Virus record (IMG/VR): IMGVR_UViG_3300034101_003866
Span: 64,001-128,000 of that record
Length of the DNA stretch: 64,000 nt
Direction: 5' to 3' (one strand)
From: a virus
Made by a program: the position numbers and the translations under genes. Of this stretch, positions 28,801 through 39,031 are shown one piece after another (the stretch's first letter is position 1; every line of letters begins with the position of its first letter). The notes under the pieces are model-generated. The model searched no databases. It was not told the origin of the DNA and worked only from the letters and a program-made list of their open reading frames with translations.

Positions 28801-30607
28801 AAGCAACCAATTGTATACCAGATTCTTGCAGTTGGGTACAATGTGGTCTGGTTGGTTCGTACTGTAGATTAACATCGTCGCCATCATTTACAACAGTAGA
28901 ATAAATATAATCATATATCACTTGATTATTAGCATCAAGATCCTGGTTAGCGGGATCATTATAATTATTATTATCTGATCGATAAAATCTAGGAACATCT
29001 CCTTTATATTCCATTCTGGGAATAAATAATGTTTTAAGATCCTGTGTGATATCTCTAAAACGAGGTTTTCCAACGTCATATAGTGGTATAGTTGTTTTCT
29101 TTGTATTATCGACCAATACGTCTATATTTGCATTAAACTCATTTAGTTTTGTTTGTATCGTTGTATTATCAAAAATAATTCTTTGATTATTATACACTGA
29201 GGTATTTTTTAAAGATTTATTACAATAATTGTCTAGAACTTGTGTTATTGCAATACCTTTATTATCAAATTTTAACACATCAGTCTTTGCAGAGATGGAC
29301 GAGGTTCCTGATAGTTTAAGGTGTGCCCCATATTTTGATATTAATTTATAAAATAGTTGTGAATTATCATTAATTAAATTATTATTAAGGGTTATTGGAG
29401 AAAATTTAGTATCTAAATACAAAGATCGATTATTCCTATCATTAGTTGTATTCTGTAAAAATCTACTAATATCTATTAATAGATTCTTTAAATTTAATAT
29501 CTCAGTATTGATATCAGAAAAAGATTCATTAAGCTTATTTTGTATAAGATTCTTTATCTCTGTAGAATCTAGCGCCTCAATAGAGAAGTCATCAATGAAT
29601 GGACTAGTACTTAGTGCATGGGCTATTCTCTTATAAAATCGGGATGTTTTTAAATTCTTATTACTAAAAGATCTTTTTTCATCAAGTGTTAATATTCTAT
29701 ATATTGATGAATATTTCTGATAAAGAGCGGATGAAACATATGATCTACATGGTATATTATATGTTAATGAAGAAGCTCTTTCAGTATCACTATTATGAAA
29801 GAAAAAACAGTCCCCATCAGGAACCCATAGTATTGGATTCGTATCCATCCTATGTAAAGAAGACGTATTATTATATACATTTTCTGACTTATACATATCA
29901 GCTATTTTAAATAATGGATTAGTGCCTAAAGAGCTAAGTTCCACAATAGTTTTTCCTAATTCCTCATCGAAGACATAGCTACCATTAGTAAGCGTTTTAC
30001 TCTGCTGATTAACCGAATATAATCTAGCATTATTTATTTTAATATAAATATTATTAGTATCTCCACTTTTAACCAATCTTGATCCATTTGGGAAATATGT
30101 TAATGGTTGCTCTTTGCCTCCGTGAATATTAGAATTATTAGTTATGTCCTTTAGTCTAAACCAACAAAGAATTCCATAATATACAGAGTAAGGAGTATTC
30201 TGTCCATTTAAAAACCAGTCAATACACATTTTAGCATTACTAGTTGTCCAGCTTTTAAAGTTTGGGGTGAAAGAGAAAAAACTCTCAATACCTAATTGCC
30301 CACTAGTTAATAAAGGATTGCTATTATAACAGCTACCGTGAGATGACAATAGTTTATTATCAACATATGTATCAGAATTAATAATTAATGGCTGCCATAC
30401 ATCTAATACATCATCAAGAATGGAACCTGCCTGAGCTTGTTGTATCAGAGCATCAAGAGATGGTGAACGAATTAGCCCTCCTCCAGTATTATCATTATAG
30501 GTTAATGCCCCATTGGAGTTGACCGTGTACGGCAATAAGTCATCCAATAATGAATGCTTAATAATATTACAATTGCTACTTTTATCTATAATCCTTGAAC
30601 TAAACAT
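22880..30607 (-). CDS. very large virion/tail protein (2575 aa) with a PKD-like domain
   Basis: Uninterrupted ORF in the structural block. FFWEQLEGP...FYANYTGKYTFQCTIS is PKD/REJ-like. Confidence 0.75.
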   Translation of the reverse strand: MFSSRIIDKSSNCNIIKHSLLDDLLPYTVNSNGALTYNDNTGGGLIRSPSLDALIQQAQAGSILDDVLDVWQPLIINSDTYVDNKLLSSHGSCYNSNPLLTSGQLGIESFFSFTPNFKSWTTSNAKMCIDWFLNGQNTPYSVYYGILCWFRLKDITNNSNIHGGKEQPLTYFPNGSRLVKSGDTNNIYIKINNARLYSVNQQSKTLTNGSYVFDEELGKTIVELSSLGTNPLFKIADMYKSENVYNNTSSLHRMDTNPILWVPDGDCFFFHNSDTERASSLTYNIPCRSYVSSALYQKYSSIYRILTLDEKRSFSNKNLKTSRFYKRIAHALSTSPFIDDFSIEALDSTEIKNLIQNKLNESFSDINTEILNLKNLLIDISRFLQNTTNDRNNRSLYLDTKFSPITLNNNLINDNSQLFYKLISKYGAHLKLSGTSSISAKTDVLKFDNKGIAITQVLDNYCNKSLKNTSVYNNQRIIFDNTTIQTKLNEFNANIDVLVDNTKKTTIPLYDVGKPRFRDITQDLKTLFIPRMEYKGDVPRFYRSDNNNYNDPANQDLDANNQVIYDYIYSTVVNDGDDVNLQYEPTRPHCTQLQESGIQLVALEIAEIEKSYDEGSILLLTNYINGQNSFFWEQLEGPQGTFGKNELLSGTSNEVTFYANYTGKYTFQCTISSPFGTFKKQKTVYIVDGRQLVIGQGGAMKENAISYGKYWDSKNISWVYPPSVTPSYIANENIPLILDKDLVKSNISKINKIAISNYHGVIYPIKTDFSVREFIGTFGSASQDDVYSLSKDYIFSYSANYTHKDTCPLTLIFETNNTIVKLHSVWLEKIRTDQDECSQCLSLYFPKIRSYKSHAKISTSDSNGNIVDTKNYDFNKTTRTNKDPEAFQLRAYEWDTTRNLAKCIRDSGIFNFPVISTKKAPKVKAYGGYSKKFIDSIGVDINGLTKPQVSINDKGIVAGQGASTNLPVVTGFPLNYRNFPDTSTYKLCYQKAVMVSGTGLIMPFTKGAFHPNSGWIPYSGGNEYSIHANRGSVLKFNPGARDSFSFLGPQITRLRSGPINIENSTIQSKTFSSSITLGIAKEIQWDMLCSCADIRPGQDIELYNNNQKHKNYIDTKITSVNNSSNHGYRILSGGEPKGIEPTATNNYPIANDEFLTDQGQTNFSYSFAVTGPHSLPEKIQLPDGRMQFRIPRVNGFGIKDIEVKLNFLNYVNTKNMVVWLDVDYCDAEGVPRFRSMANPPPSPLKSTSEFLDQTFDPRIFFGNYSTNQNRITGSLNNAKIENYLKDLVGINSPSGASPSSFKLVLLNQETIQNNKYNFSVKFSDHASKHNTPCDMNLLGSGYYHPSGQYSYMTSQVSKMQNIIRSNDELLPTVAATGYSDRECCEYSSIIKHNKLNISNNSFSKFVSELLFKNLAPESGPCLEGSPKQRDGDFDGKTTFTLNIMVLDEEDDMNVLDSTINNQYLSGLESTETNTKSHLLYNSLCNWELILHVGSVRDPVPNTNPSLASYGNNDALSLFDYKKDPSYPSYSFITDLTDQKHLLPIANYNAPYSCISDSTTCLTSQDDPTGQGVMVRPPVFPYYAIIQIMTALAGYGATTGGTLVGALAGLEGAVNSPGYNAIFDYFKEVRFAENLTNQGRQIYFPSYAKYPFGSPEKILINFKKPNSLWYTAEASIFKYHNTPILKPDRYKFIKLSGGVDGLGDFSFDLVNSIEDLIDQNFIKQINLSCESNLPSSPLPAAISDSFINEGDIVRVAFTGNECENPSQICIARNNETWTNLKLDPSALSKANHYLQHNAILGSSNSLSSTDLSDNKAVLVKGKIPYDIFKKGDIVSCSGVSSTNATISKKGLIYKNNKYYSLLVFENSVSGYNLMSVPNTMNIFLTYKDETTIIDKTSKKYNIWGSDYINKNVFNNITDIAPTTHSVGSYGDMSLFVNKNILSNNIHNNQLQEINDIFNNRNNDKIKHNKIKIFVSGVENTGFVSNSSYGFSYSKEDLNVLTPIFRKEKENKDYYYIKSDTDDTTNHDVIVKNIEFSSSYNDIPSNFSIIRTDDGLNPLTSGISTGELEIENKYYEYKPMRSITSNEFSWLTSRLSTIESTGVDTALEGAVGVPGSTSTILNSSKLKYLQKHYDKLEDDPINCDIANQPLVLACNKTRTYKTIKDLLEEKNSIIQLLDEQAVFDIPANNTTYQLNRSDYSNYKLKSSLPITDPRRISPHVLPKIEPVLSGIDWRGANEGEQSGPIYIYYREANKDHYWINIDSKQSCFQDFDSNPKVLISTKYKCTEANPVLGVASPYIDNNICPYFTTKPNQTIKFDFGATENVTSNVDEFTYTINSNAIDQQKTAFQRQYPAITGWKTLTKLRYFNINGDQTMDNILGPGAEITIESTELYAVPLTNENQGNDNSGDTLDLPGIGSCQTNIGSPGGKGMMTLDNTRIGKPTRVCNIVNLDNANNISVMVKRIPRMLRGVDILSTVYRYGSKSDFRPASFTSPPVPYETDLVNAQVGNINNSLYVWVALQRNPATFSLEPTTLPDFFKLQNEMIFRSFFGSVDKIENKSDVAASYFPWEMIPYEYE

Positions 30608-33600
30608 TATTTAATTGCCGTTAGTGTCCACTTTCCATTTAAGAATGTAAATATAGCTATAACATTAGTTGTTACTGTGAATCCTAGAGGATTATCAAAA
30701 TTAACGGTCATTGTTGGAACAACTCCTGATCGTCTGCCTTGTACATAATGCATATCTATTAGGGCTTGAGTTGCACTAGTAGTCTTGCCTTTAACAACTA
30801 GAGACGGTTTGCTGACTGGTTCATAAAAGCCCGTCTTTTTATTGTATCTGCAAAGCAATTTTGTTCCTCGTGGAGCACAGTATCCTGTTTTATCTTTAAT
30901 ATATATTAATCTTCTATACCCCTGTCGTAAAGGCTCGCTGCTAAATTCAATATCGTCAATATAACCTCTTGTAACATATGTCTCATCAAAATCTGGTTGT
31001 TTAATCAGATCTTCTTCAAGAGTAGCATATATCATTCTATAAATATACTTCTTTTTTGCTTTTTTGTCTAAAAAGCTTTTTAATGTGGTTATATCATTAG
31101 AGTTAGTAAGAATATAAGGAGGATCAATCTCTTCTCCTCCGCCACCACCAGCCCAAACCATTCTGTCTTGATCCCAAATTAGATCAATAGGACCAACTTT
31201 CCATAAGTCAGGACGTTCTGCCCAATTTAGATAAAAATCATTTAATTTAACTTTTTCTGACCATTTACCTGTAAATTTTTGAGTTTTACTAATTATACTT
31301 CCTTTAAATCCCTGAGTATAATCAATTGGATTTCCAGCTGTTGGGGTAGGTCCAGGATCGTATCCGCCATCAACATCCATATTGTCTTCTATCTTAATAG
31401 GAGTAACATCACTATTATTTATTGCTGTTGTACTAAGTGATGACCATGATGATGGTAAATTCTCATAATTAAAAGTTTTAGCAAAAACATTAGTATTTCC
31501 AGATATGGTAAATAGTTCGCCAACAGATAATGAGCTATATTTTTTAGCAGCCCCGCTATTGGTTAATTTAAGTTTAAACCTTTTTGGTCTGCCAAAATTA
31601 TCATATGCTAATGGCTCATCAGCAGCATTAGGAACAGGATAACCATCAGCATCATATCCCCAAGCGTGTAGTGTTAATGGTCCTCGTAATCCAAAAAATC
31701 TTTGGTTGTTTTCATGCAACATATTAAGCGTATCTTGAGCTTGGGATCTAATATTATATAAAGCTTCATCAGTAGGATAATAGTCTAAATTATTAGATGG
31801 AACACCAGCTGGATGATTAGTATGAGCCCTTAGATTTCTACTAGTTTCAAGCTTGTATCCTGCTTGATTTTGTGGAACTGATCCTCTTGCCACAATTTCT
31901 ATGCAATGTCTCAGTCTGTCTCTGAAAATTCTACCCCCAGTAGTTAAACCTCCTATATCGTCGTGTGCCCCGTCTGGATGAGCACCAGTATAGTTTTGAG
32001 AGTTAGAATTTTTAAATTCTCCATATGGAACTACTATAGGATTTAATGTAATTAAATTAATTGGAATATCTTCATCTGTTACTATCTTAGCATTTAGTTT
32101 TTCACCAGCATTACCGCACTTATCACATGTTATCTTTGTTGCTACTTCTGTTCTGGTTCCGGTTTTATCATACTGTACAACACTTATATCTCTAACCTTT
32201 GTGCCTCTACAAAATGGACAATTTAAAGTGTTATGTAAAGAATATGAGAATGTTGAGTTCTTAAAGGTTGGATAAAAAGATACTGGAGATAATATTCCAT
32301 CCAAACTCATTGCTGACTGCATTCCATAGTCTTTTGATAATTGATTTTCAAGCTCTTTTCTTTGGAATAGTTGTACAGTAGAGGTCACTCTTGCAATAGA
32401 CTTTAAGGAAGATATTGATGATGCTGTTTCTAGTGTGCTACTTGATGGTTGGCCAACGTCTGAACTAGGAACAAGAGCCCAGTTGGTTGCTTTCGATGTT
32501 CGTGTATCAAAAGCTCCGGGACTACTAGATATGGAAAAATCATCAATTACTTTCGGAGTTCTTGATGGCTCATTAATAAGAGGGGAAGCCTGACCAACTA
32601 ATACTGTGCTAGGACTCCAACTAAATAGTTTTGAAGAAAGGTCTGAACTTCCAAATTGGGCATTGTTTAATCTCTCTTGTAATATTAGATCTCTTTCTTT
32701 ATTTTTTAAATTAGTAATTTCCTGAGAAATTTGCGCAATCTGTTTTCCTCTTTTTAGATTTAACCTATTAGCTCTTTTTATTCTGTCTGTTTCTTCTTTG
32801 TTAAACAATCCTAATTTTCTGGTATAAGTTCTGAATGAATATGTTGTAGATATACCCTGTTGTCCAACACTTGTTTGTATAGAGGTTATAATTGGACCAT
32901 CAACAAAGTATGGTGGAGTTTTTAAGTCTAATACTTTGTATATTGCAGTAACGGTGTTTTCTGTATTAGGAGAAAAAGATATAGTTGCTCCTGGAATATA
33001 TGATAAATCCACAACAGAAGCTACGGAGTCTTTAACGTCTTTGTAACCATAACCAGATGGCGATATAATATGCAATCCTGTATTGGCTAATGCAAAATTA
33101 CCACCTATATTAAATAATGGAAGTCCTGGCATATCTAATTGAGCAGTTTCTATAACGCTCTGGTAGTTTACTTTTGTTTGTATCTCTTTAAAAGCAACAA
33201 TATCTAACTGATGCATTCCTCCATAATTCCAAGGAACAAAATCATCATTAAATTCTATATTAACATTTGATATTAAATTGTTTAATGCTTTATCAACTTC
33301 TTCTTGCGTGGTTGCGCGACTTGAATATGTGCAAGTTAATGGGAATGTTGATGATTGAGTAACAAGCTGACCAGATGGGAAAATACCAGTACCCTCTAGT
33401 GCTGGATAATTAGTCCATGGACCATAAACAAATTGGTTTGATTTTATTGGAATACCAGCAAAAAAAGGATGGGCAGCTTTTGGTGCTAGCTCAACATTAT
33501 TTGCAGTATGATTAGACGATACGGTATATAGTCCAAGAAAATATGGATTATTACTATCGTCTAATACTATTGGACTAATATAATTCAACATGTATCTTAT

Positions 33601-36600
33601 CCAGTCCATGTCCCAATCATCTTTTCTGGTAGTCTTTAAATATATCATCAAGTCTTCAGCAGAAATATTGGATATTACTGTTCTATTAGGATCTTTAGCA
33701 TTCTCTTCACTAGATAAATTTAAATTAATTCCTGGAGAATCTATTAAGATTTTTGGATTTTCAAATCTAACAGGGTCTATATATATAAAACTTTCTTCAA
33801 CAGACGTGGAAACATAAAGTTTAGATCTTGGAATTGATGTGCTTGTTGTTCCATTATTATCTTTGATTTCTGTTTGCCAAGCGTCATATGACTTTACTAT
33901 TGATTCTAAAGTTAATGCCGCTCCCATATTTCCAGTAGTGACTATACTGGTGCCAACACTTGCGATATATTTTTGGTCAACTATAACATAGTCATTATTT
34001 GATAAAGAAGAAATATCTAATGATGGAAATACGTAGCTATCAGTACAACTTCTTGTTTTATATTCATTAAGAGTAAGCCAACTATCATAACTAAAGTATG
34101 GATTTGCCTGTTCTTTTATAAGGTCTTGAAGTGGTGTAGTGGCATTAGCTGCTACACACTTTGCTTGTCTAATATAATCATAATTATAATTATTGTTATA
34201 GCCCAATAATGGTTGGATCTTACCAGAATCGTCCGTTAATGTCATCCATTGTGTTCCTCCAACGGCCATACTATCATCTATTATATTTCCATATTCTTCC
34301 CAGGCGCCATCATTAGTTGGAGTATAATTATATCTTAAATTACCATCTCCACTAAATATATATCCATATCCAACATTTGTGGGAAAAGCGAATCCGGTAA
34401 CACTATCTTCTCTGTAGGTTCTTAACTGATCAGCGGACACCATGTATTTTTTGCCATAATACTTTGCAATTTCCATAATAAATTTATGAAGTATTTTTAA
34501 ATCTTGCAAAGCTTTTTCTTGAATATACTGACTTCCATCATTTTTATCTGGATAAACGGCAGTTGGATATAATTCGTCTCCGGCAATATTAGGGCCAAGT
34601 AATTTCCAATACCAGTCTGTTTCTTGAAAAGCAATTTTTTCAGCTTCAGCAAGTTCCATACCCATATTATTTACTAGTTCATTTCGTGTTTTAATATAGT
34701 AGGCTCTTCTTATTAATTCTATTAAATCTGGCTTGTATGTTTTTGCTAATGAATAAACAAGATAGTTATCAAATCCGGCTATTGCTGCTCGTATCTCAGA
34801 TTCTGTTAATACAAAAAATTCTACAGGATCATAACTATTTAATATTCCAAGATTATTATATGTTGTTGTTGGAGGATCCAGATTTGCTGTTTGAGGAAGA
34901 GGAAAGCTATTTCCAGTTTCAAGATATGCTCGACTAATTGACACATTAAGTTTTGGTAATTCTGATACTCTTACTATTATAGATATTTGAGATGTCCAGG
35001 TATCATACCATACTGGACGTATTCTTCTAAAATCAGTATTTGCAGCATCATTGCCTCCAACCTTTAATCCAATTTTATTATCATAAACGAAACCAAAAAA
35101 TGGACAAATATTATCTAAATATAATGGAAACCATCTTCCTTTAGAAGTGTCTGTTTGTGAATATGCGATAGGATGACTATTTTTAAAGCAAGGTTCATAA
35201 TTACCATATTTAACATTAACACCATCTAAGAGTTCGTTTTTTGTGTTCCATATGGCGTCATTAGTGTCAAAACCTCTTGAGGCAGCGGTTTGTATAGCAT
35301 CTTCGTCATTAATTATACTAACATATGCTGTCTCTAGTCTGCTTGATGTTCCCAGATAATCTGATATCTTTGTATTTCTTGAACTATTAAAGTTTGGAAA
35401 TCTTATTTTACCGTGACCATATTGCTTAGTTGTAATAGTTGGGGCATCGTTACCTGTTGGTGCTCCATCAGCCAAAGAATAGTAATTAACAAATTTTCTT
35501 GTTCTGGGATTATAAATAAAATTATTCTGAGTATATGCTAATCTATAACTTTTTACTTGATATAATCTTTGTTGTTGTCCTCCAACAACCAAACATCTTG
35601 ATGGAGTATCATTCTTTTCTTTTCCGATGGTGTTAGATGATACTTGATAATTATTACATTCTAATGATTTTATAGTATTTTCAATAAGATTCGTACTAGG
35701 CTGTTTTAGTCTTGATATAGCTTTAACTTTTATAACATGATAAAGTTTCGTCTGATGTACTCGTGGAATCATTTCTATGCTAAAGTCACAACCAGCTCTT
35801 TCTCCAATATCATTTAATAAATCGGTTATGCTAAGAAATGGTCCTGTGGTTCGTATATCATTTGGCAATCTTTTCTTTATTCTAGTATTATCTGTATAAA
35901 TCACATCATGAAGATCTAATACGAATTGACATCTATTTGTTCCAGCAGTATCTGCCATAGCATTTAAAGGTTGAGGATATACTACTCCAAATCTATTAAA
36001 AGCTGATGTTATTGGTTCATATAAATTGTCATTATCCTCTCTTTGCATACATTTGGATATGATTCTTCCAAATGGAGAAAATGCTCTTTTTATAGCTTCA
36101 TTATTTCTGCCACTTAAAACAGTGTCTAATTTAAATCCGCTATCATGAGTTACTGAAGTTAACATCATTAAAGCATCTAGAATAGAATTTATACTAACTC
36201 CTCTATCGTCTGGTCGTGCTATTCCATAGTTTCCAGCGCCAAAAGACTCTAAAAATCCATAAATATTGAAAATATTAGGGATTGTTCCGTGCTTTAAATC
36301 AGTATCGGTATAAGTGGCACCAAGAGATTTTAAATAATTCTTTGGGCCGCCATATGTTGATGTTTGAGCCTTGCTAAAAATTGATCCAGCATATTTATCA
36401 ACTATAATATAAGAAGAATTAAGAATGGTCTGTGGACCATTAATAATAACAGTATAATTTTTACCTCCGCTACCAATATCTCGTGACCAAGATTGAACAA
36501 AGCCCCCAAATTGAAAATCCCCCATTTTAAAATAAACAGGAGTATCGATTATATCATATTTGTATCCTGGATGACTATTCTCAGCAACGTTTGAGTAATT

Positions 36601-37032
36601 ATTATTTTCTTGTATCCTTGTTTTTCTTCCAAAAAATCCAGGATCAGGATCTTTCCAGTATTTTGAGATTAATCCTTTAGTTTCTGATAATTCATAGTAT
36701 ACTTTTCCTGGAACTATTCTGTTTTCTATTGGAGTAGTCTCAGCAGCTGCCGCCCCAGTATATTTATCAATAAAACATCCTACTCCTTTACAAAGAGTAT
36801 AATGATCATCACTATTAATAGAACCAGTGAACTGCTGATACATGCTTCCGTCATTTGTTGTTGGAGACGGATCACAAGAGTAGACCAATTCATCTTCTAC
36901 TAAATTAACGGTCAATTGTGATGGCTGTGTTCCCCAACCAAAGTTGCTAGTGAAACTGGCTACACTAGCTCCTAAGAATAATGTTTGAGCAATCGGCTTA
37001 TTATCGCCACTTGGGCATACTGTTGTTGGCAT
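30607..37032 (-). CDS. large tail/baseplate hub-like protein (2141 aa)
   Basis: N-terminal FLGASVASFTSNFGWGTQPSQLTVNLVED; ITSIQTSVGQQGISTTYSFRT followed by a coiled coil. Lies downstream of the tape-measure-like gene. Confidence 0.65.
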   Translation of the reverse strand: MPTTVCPSGDNKPIAQTLFLGASVASFTSNFGWGTQPSQLTVNLVEDELVYSCDPSPTTNDGSMYQQFTGSINSDDHYTLCKGVGCFIDKYTGAAAAETTPIENRIVPGKVYYELSETKGLISKYWKDPDPGFFGRKTRIQENNNYSNVAENSHPGYKYDIIDTPVYFKMGDFQFGGFVQSWSRDIGSGGKNYTVIINGPQTILNSSYIIVDKYAGSIFSKAQTSTYGGPKNYLKSLGATYTDTDLKHGTIPNIFNIYGFLESFGAGNYGIARPDDRGVSINSILDALMMLTSVTHDSGFKLDTVLSGRNNEAIKRAFSPFGRIISKCMQREDNDNLYEPITSAFNRFGVVYPQPLNAMADTAGTNRCQFVLDLHDVIYTDNTRIKKRLPNDIRTTGPFLSITDLLNDIGERAGCDFSIEMIPRVHQTKLYHVIKVKAISRLKQPSTNLIENTIKSLECNNYQVSSNTIGKEKNDTPSRCLVVGGQQQRLYQVKSYRLAYTQNNFIYNPRTRKFVNYYSLADGAPTGNDAPTITTKQYGHGKIRFPNFNSSRNTKISDYLGTSSRLETAYVSIINDEDAIQTAASRGFDTNDAIWNTKNELLDGVNVKYGNYEPCFKNSHPIAYSQTDTSKGRWFPLYLDNICPFFGFVYDNKIGLKVGGNDAANTDFRRIRPVWYDTWTSQISIIVRVSELPKLNVSISRAYLETGNSFPLPQTANLDPPTTTYNNLGILNSYDPVEFFVLTESEIRAAIAGFDNYLVYSLAKTYKPDLIELIRRAYYIKTRNELVNNMGMELAEAEKIAFQETDWYWKLLGPNIAGDELYPTAVYPDKNDGSQYIQEKALQDLKILHKFIMEIAKYYGKKYMVSADQLRTYREDSVTGFAFPTNVGYGYIFSGDGNLRYNYTPTNDGAWEEYGNIIDDSMAVGGTQWMTLTDDSGKIQPLLGYNNNYNYDYIRQAKCVAANATTPLQDLIKEQANPYFSYDSWLTLNEYKTRSCTDSYVFPSLDISSLSNNDYVIVDQKYIASVGTSIVTTGNMGAALTLESIVKSYDAWQTEIKDNNGTTSTSIPRSKLYVSTSVEESFIYIDPVRFENPKILIDSPGINLNLSSEENAKDPNRTVISNISAEDLMIYLKTTRKDDWDMDWIRYMLNYISPIVLDDSNNPYFLGLYTVSSNHTANNVELAPKAAHPFFAGIPIKSNQFVYGPWTNYPALEGTGIFPSGQLVTQSSTFPLTCTYSSRATTQEEVDKALNNLISNVNIEFNDDFVPWNYGGMHQLDIVAFKEIQTKVNYQSVIETAQLDMPGLPLFNIGGNFALANTGLHIISPSGYGYKDVKDSVASVVDLSYIPGATISFSPNTENTVTAIYKVLDLKTPPYFVDGPIITSIQTSVGQQGISTTYSFRTYTRKLGLFNKEETDRIKRANRLNLKRGKQIAQISQEITNLKNKERDLILQERLNNAQFGSSDLSSKLFSWSPSTVLVGQASPLINEPSRTPKVIDDFSISSSPGAFDTRTSKATNWALVPSSDVGQPSSSTLETASSISSLKSIARVTSTVQLFQRKELENQLSKDYGMQSAMSLDGILSPVSFYPTFKNSTFSYSLHNTLNCPFCRGTKVRDISVVQYDKTGTRTEVATKITCDKCGNAGEKLNAKIVTDEDIPINLITLNPIVVPYGEFKNSNSQNYTGAHPDGAHDDIGGLTTGGRIFRDRLRHCIEIVARGSVPQNQAGYKLETSRNLRAHTNHPAGVPSNNLDYYPTDEALYNIRSQAQDTLNMLHENNQRFFGLRGPLTLHAWGYDADGYPVPNAADEPLAYDNFGRPKRFKLKLTNSGAAKKYSSLSVGELFTISGNTNVFAKTFNYENLPSSWSSLSTTAINNSDVTPIKIEDNMDVDGGYDPGPTPTAGNPIDYTQGFKGSIISKTQKFTGKWSEKVKLNDFYLNWAERPDLWKVGPIDLIWDQDRMVWAGGGGGEEIDPPYILTNSNDITTLKSFLDKKAKKKYIYRMIYATLEEDLIKQPDFDETYVTRGYIDDIEFSSEPLRQGYRRLIYIKDKTGYCAPRGTKLLCRYNKKTGFYEPVSKPSLVVKGKTTSATQALIDMHYVQGRRSGVVPTMTVNFDNPLGFTVTTNVIAIFTFLNGKWTLTAIK

Positions 37033-37033
37033 A

Positions 37034-39007
37034 TTAATAATCTAAATAATTTTTACTATTTGTACATTGCTGATAAACCCATCCAACTGATTTTGAGTAT
37101 CTTCCATTAGTAGGATCCCATGATTGAGTATCATTGGTCACATAAACTTGTCCTTGGGCATTATTATTACCCCTATTAAAATTAGCACTTCCGAATATGT
37201 ATGAAGCCCTATCTCCAAATGGCTTTAATCCTTCAATAATTCCTGTTATAGTCTGATACACCGTTCCACCCGTCCACAACGGACAAGTGGTATTTTGCAT
37301 AAAGAATCCACCCATGCTCGACGGAGGAACCACTCCAACCTCTATTGTTACGCTTTTTCTTGTTGATGTTTTTGTTCCAAGATTTTGTAAAACTGGCCCT
37401 AATGATCGACCCAAAACGAAAGCTTCTCCGATAACATCTGTTGGTCCAGTTTCTTCAATACTGACACTTTCATATAAAACACCACTTATTATTGTAAACT
37501 TATTATTAAACTCATAACTATATGATATACTACCCTTCTTAGGATTATGTGTTTCAGAAGTTGATATCGGTATAATATTTAATACGGAATTTCTAGAATA
37601 TACTGGATTATTTGGGGGCTGTGGTGGATTAGATGCTCCTGGTATATATCCTTTTGTTCTGTCAGAACTGCTCATTGGTATACAGGCTCTTCTGTACAAA
37701 TATGGCTTAACTTCATTTATCCATCCACTAACAGCATTAGCATACTTACTAGCCATTAAATTTTTGGTTGCTTGTAATCCATTATCTGCTATTGTTGTAT
37801 TAAATGATAAATTGTCTAACAATCCAGTAGATGAACTTAAATCTAATTTTATCGGACTTCCACTACCACTAACGTATGGCAAACCAGTAATACTTGGACT
37901 ACTAATACTTAATCCTATAATATCTCCTTGAACTCTAACAGTATGAATATATTTATCGTCAGTACTCATTTCTAGCGAATAATCTTCAATAAAAGTTATG
38001 CCAGTTGGCATAGCCAGCCAAGTATCGGTTATCTCATATCTAGCAGAAAGAACGTCAAAATTAGTGGATCTGAGATGATTATAAAAATATCCAGCAGACA
38101 TTGGAGACCATAGAGCATTTCCTGTCTTTTTATCAAAAACAGCAGATGATCGTTCCATCACCCAGTTTTTAGCATTATTAAATGCTGATACTGCTAATGC
38201 CGGATATCTGTCAAAATCTATTTTATTACTAAGAGACAAATTACTTTGACAAAACCCCGTCCCTGATGGTATCCCTACTGCACTAATTGTTCTAGAAACT
38301 TTAAACTGAGGAATATTTAGATAATTAATATCAACTGATGCTACTGCTGTTCCTCCAGTATTTGTTTGGGTAGATTGGGGTTGTCCAGCAGTAGTGGTTG
38401 GCGCTGTTGGCTTTAACTTAGGATTATCATACTCTGTTTTTTGTATTACATTAATAGTACCTTTACTATAAACATAATCTTCTAATGGTTCTATACTCCA
38501 ACTATCACTATAATCTTTAACATACCAACCACTATACGCAGGTTCCAAATACTCCAATACAGCGGTATAGTCTGCTGTATATATCCAATTGTCGTTGCTT
38601 TTATTAAAGTCAAAACTAACTGTTCTTACTCCAGCAGCACTAAATAGAGATGTTTCTGCTGCGGTTGGGGATGTTTTACACTTTATTTCAAAACTTCCAC
38701 ACGTATTAATTTTAAAAATTTGACTTAATCCATTGATTCCTGACATTATTGGACCTATTCCACTACCATTAGACGATTCCTTGGTGCTAACTTTACCCGT
38801 TAATGTTATTCTGTTGGTAAAAACCACAGTCTCTCCTGCTTCGTTTCTTTCAACAGAAGTAGAAAAATCGATGAAGGGGGTTGGTCCAGCAACAGTATGG
38901 ATACCGCTACCATTATAATATACGCTAACAGCACGACTAGGAGGTTGATCAGATTGTATACTAGCAAAATCTTGTGTAGAATTTAGAGCTTCTAATGAAT
39001 AAACCAT
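37034..39007 (-). CDS. putative tail/baseplate protein
   Basis: Beta-rich ORF in the tail block. ATG 39007 follows an AAGGA SD (the track start is 39013). Confidence 0.6.
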   Translation of the reverse strand: MVYSLEALNSTQDFASIQSDQPPSRAVSVYYNGSGIHTVAGPTPFIDFSTSVERNEAGETVVFTNRITLTGKVSTKESSNGSGIGPIMSGINGLSQIFKINTCGSFEIKCKTSPTAAETSLFSAAGVRTVSFDFNKSNDNWIYTADYTAVLEYLEPAYSGWYVKDYSDSWSIEPLEDYVYSKGTINVIQKTEYDNPKLKPTAPTTTAGQPQSTQTNTGGTAVASVDINYLNIPQFKVSRTISAVGIPSGTGFCQSNLSLSNKIDFDRYPALAVSAFNNAKNWVMERSSAVFDKKTGNALWSPMSAGYFYNHLRSTNFDVLSARYEITDTWLAMPTGITFIEDYSLEMSTDDKYIHTVRVQGDIIGLSISSPSITGLPYVSGSGSPIKLDLSSSTGLLDNLSFNTTIADNGLQATKNLMASKYANAVSGWINEVKPYLYRRACIPMSSSDRTKGYIPGASNPPQPPNNPVYSRNSVLNIIPISTSETHNPKKGSISYSYEFNNKFTIISGVLYESVSIEETGPTDVIGEAFVLGRSLGPVLQNLGTKTSTRKSVTIEVGVVPPSSMGGFFMQNTTCPLWTGGTVYQTITGIIEGLKPFGDRASYIFGSANFNRGNNNAQGQVYVTNDTQSWDPTNGRYSKSVGWVYQQCTNSKNYLDY

Positions 39008-39031
39008 AATCAAATATCCTTAGTATCTTAT

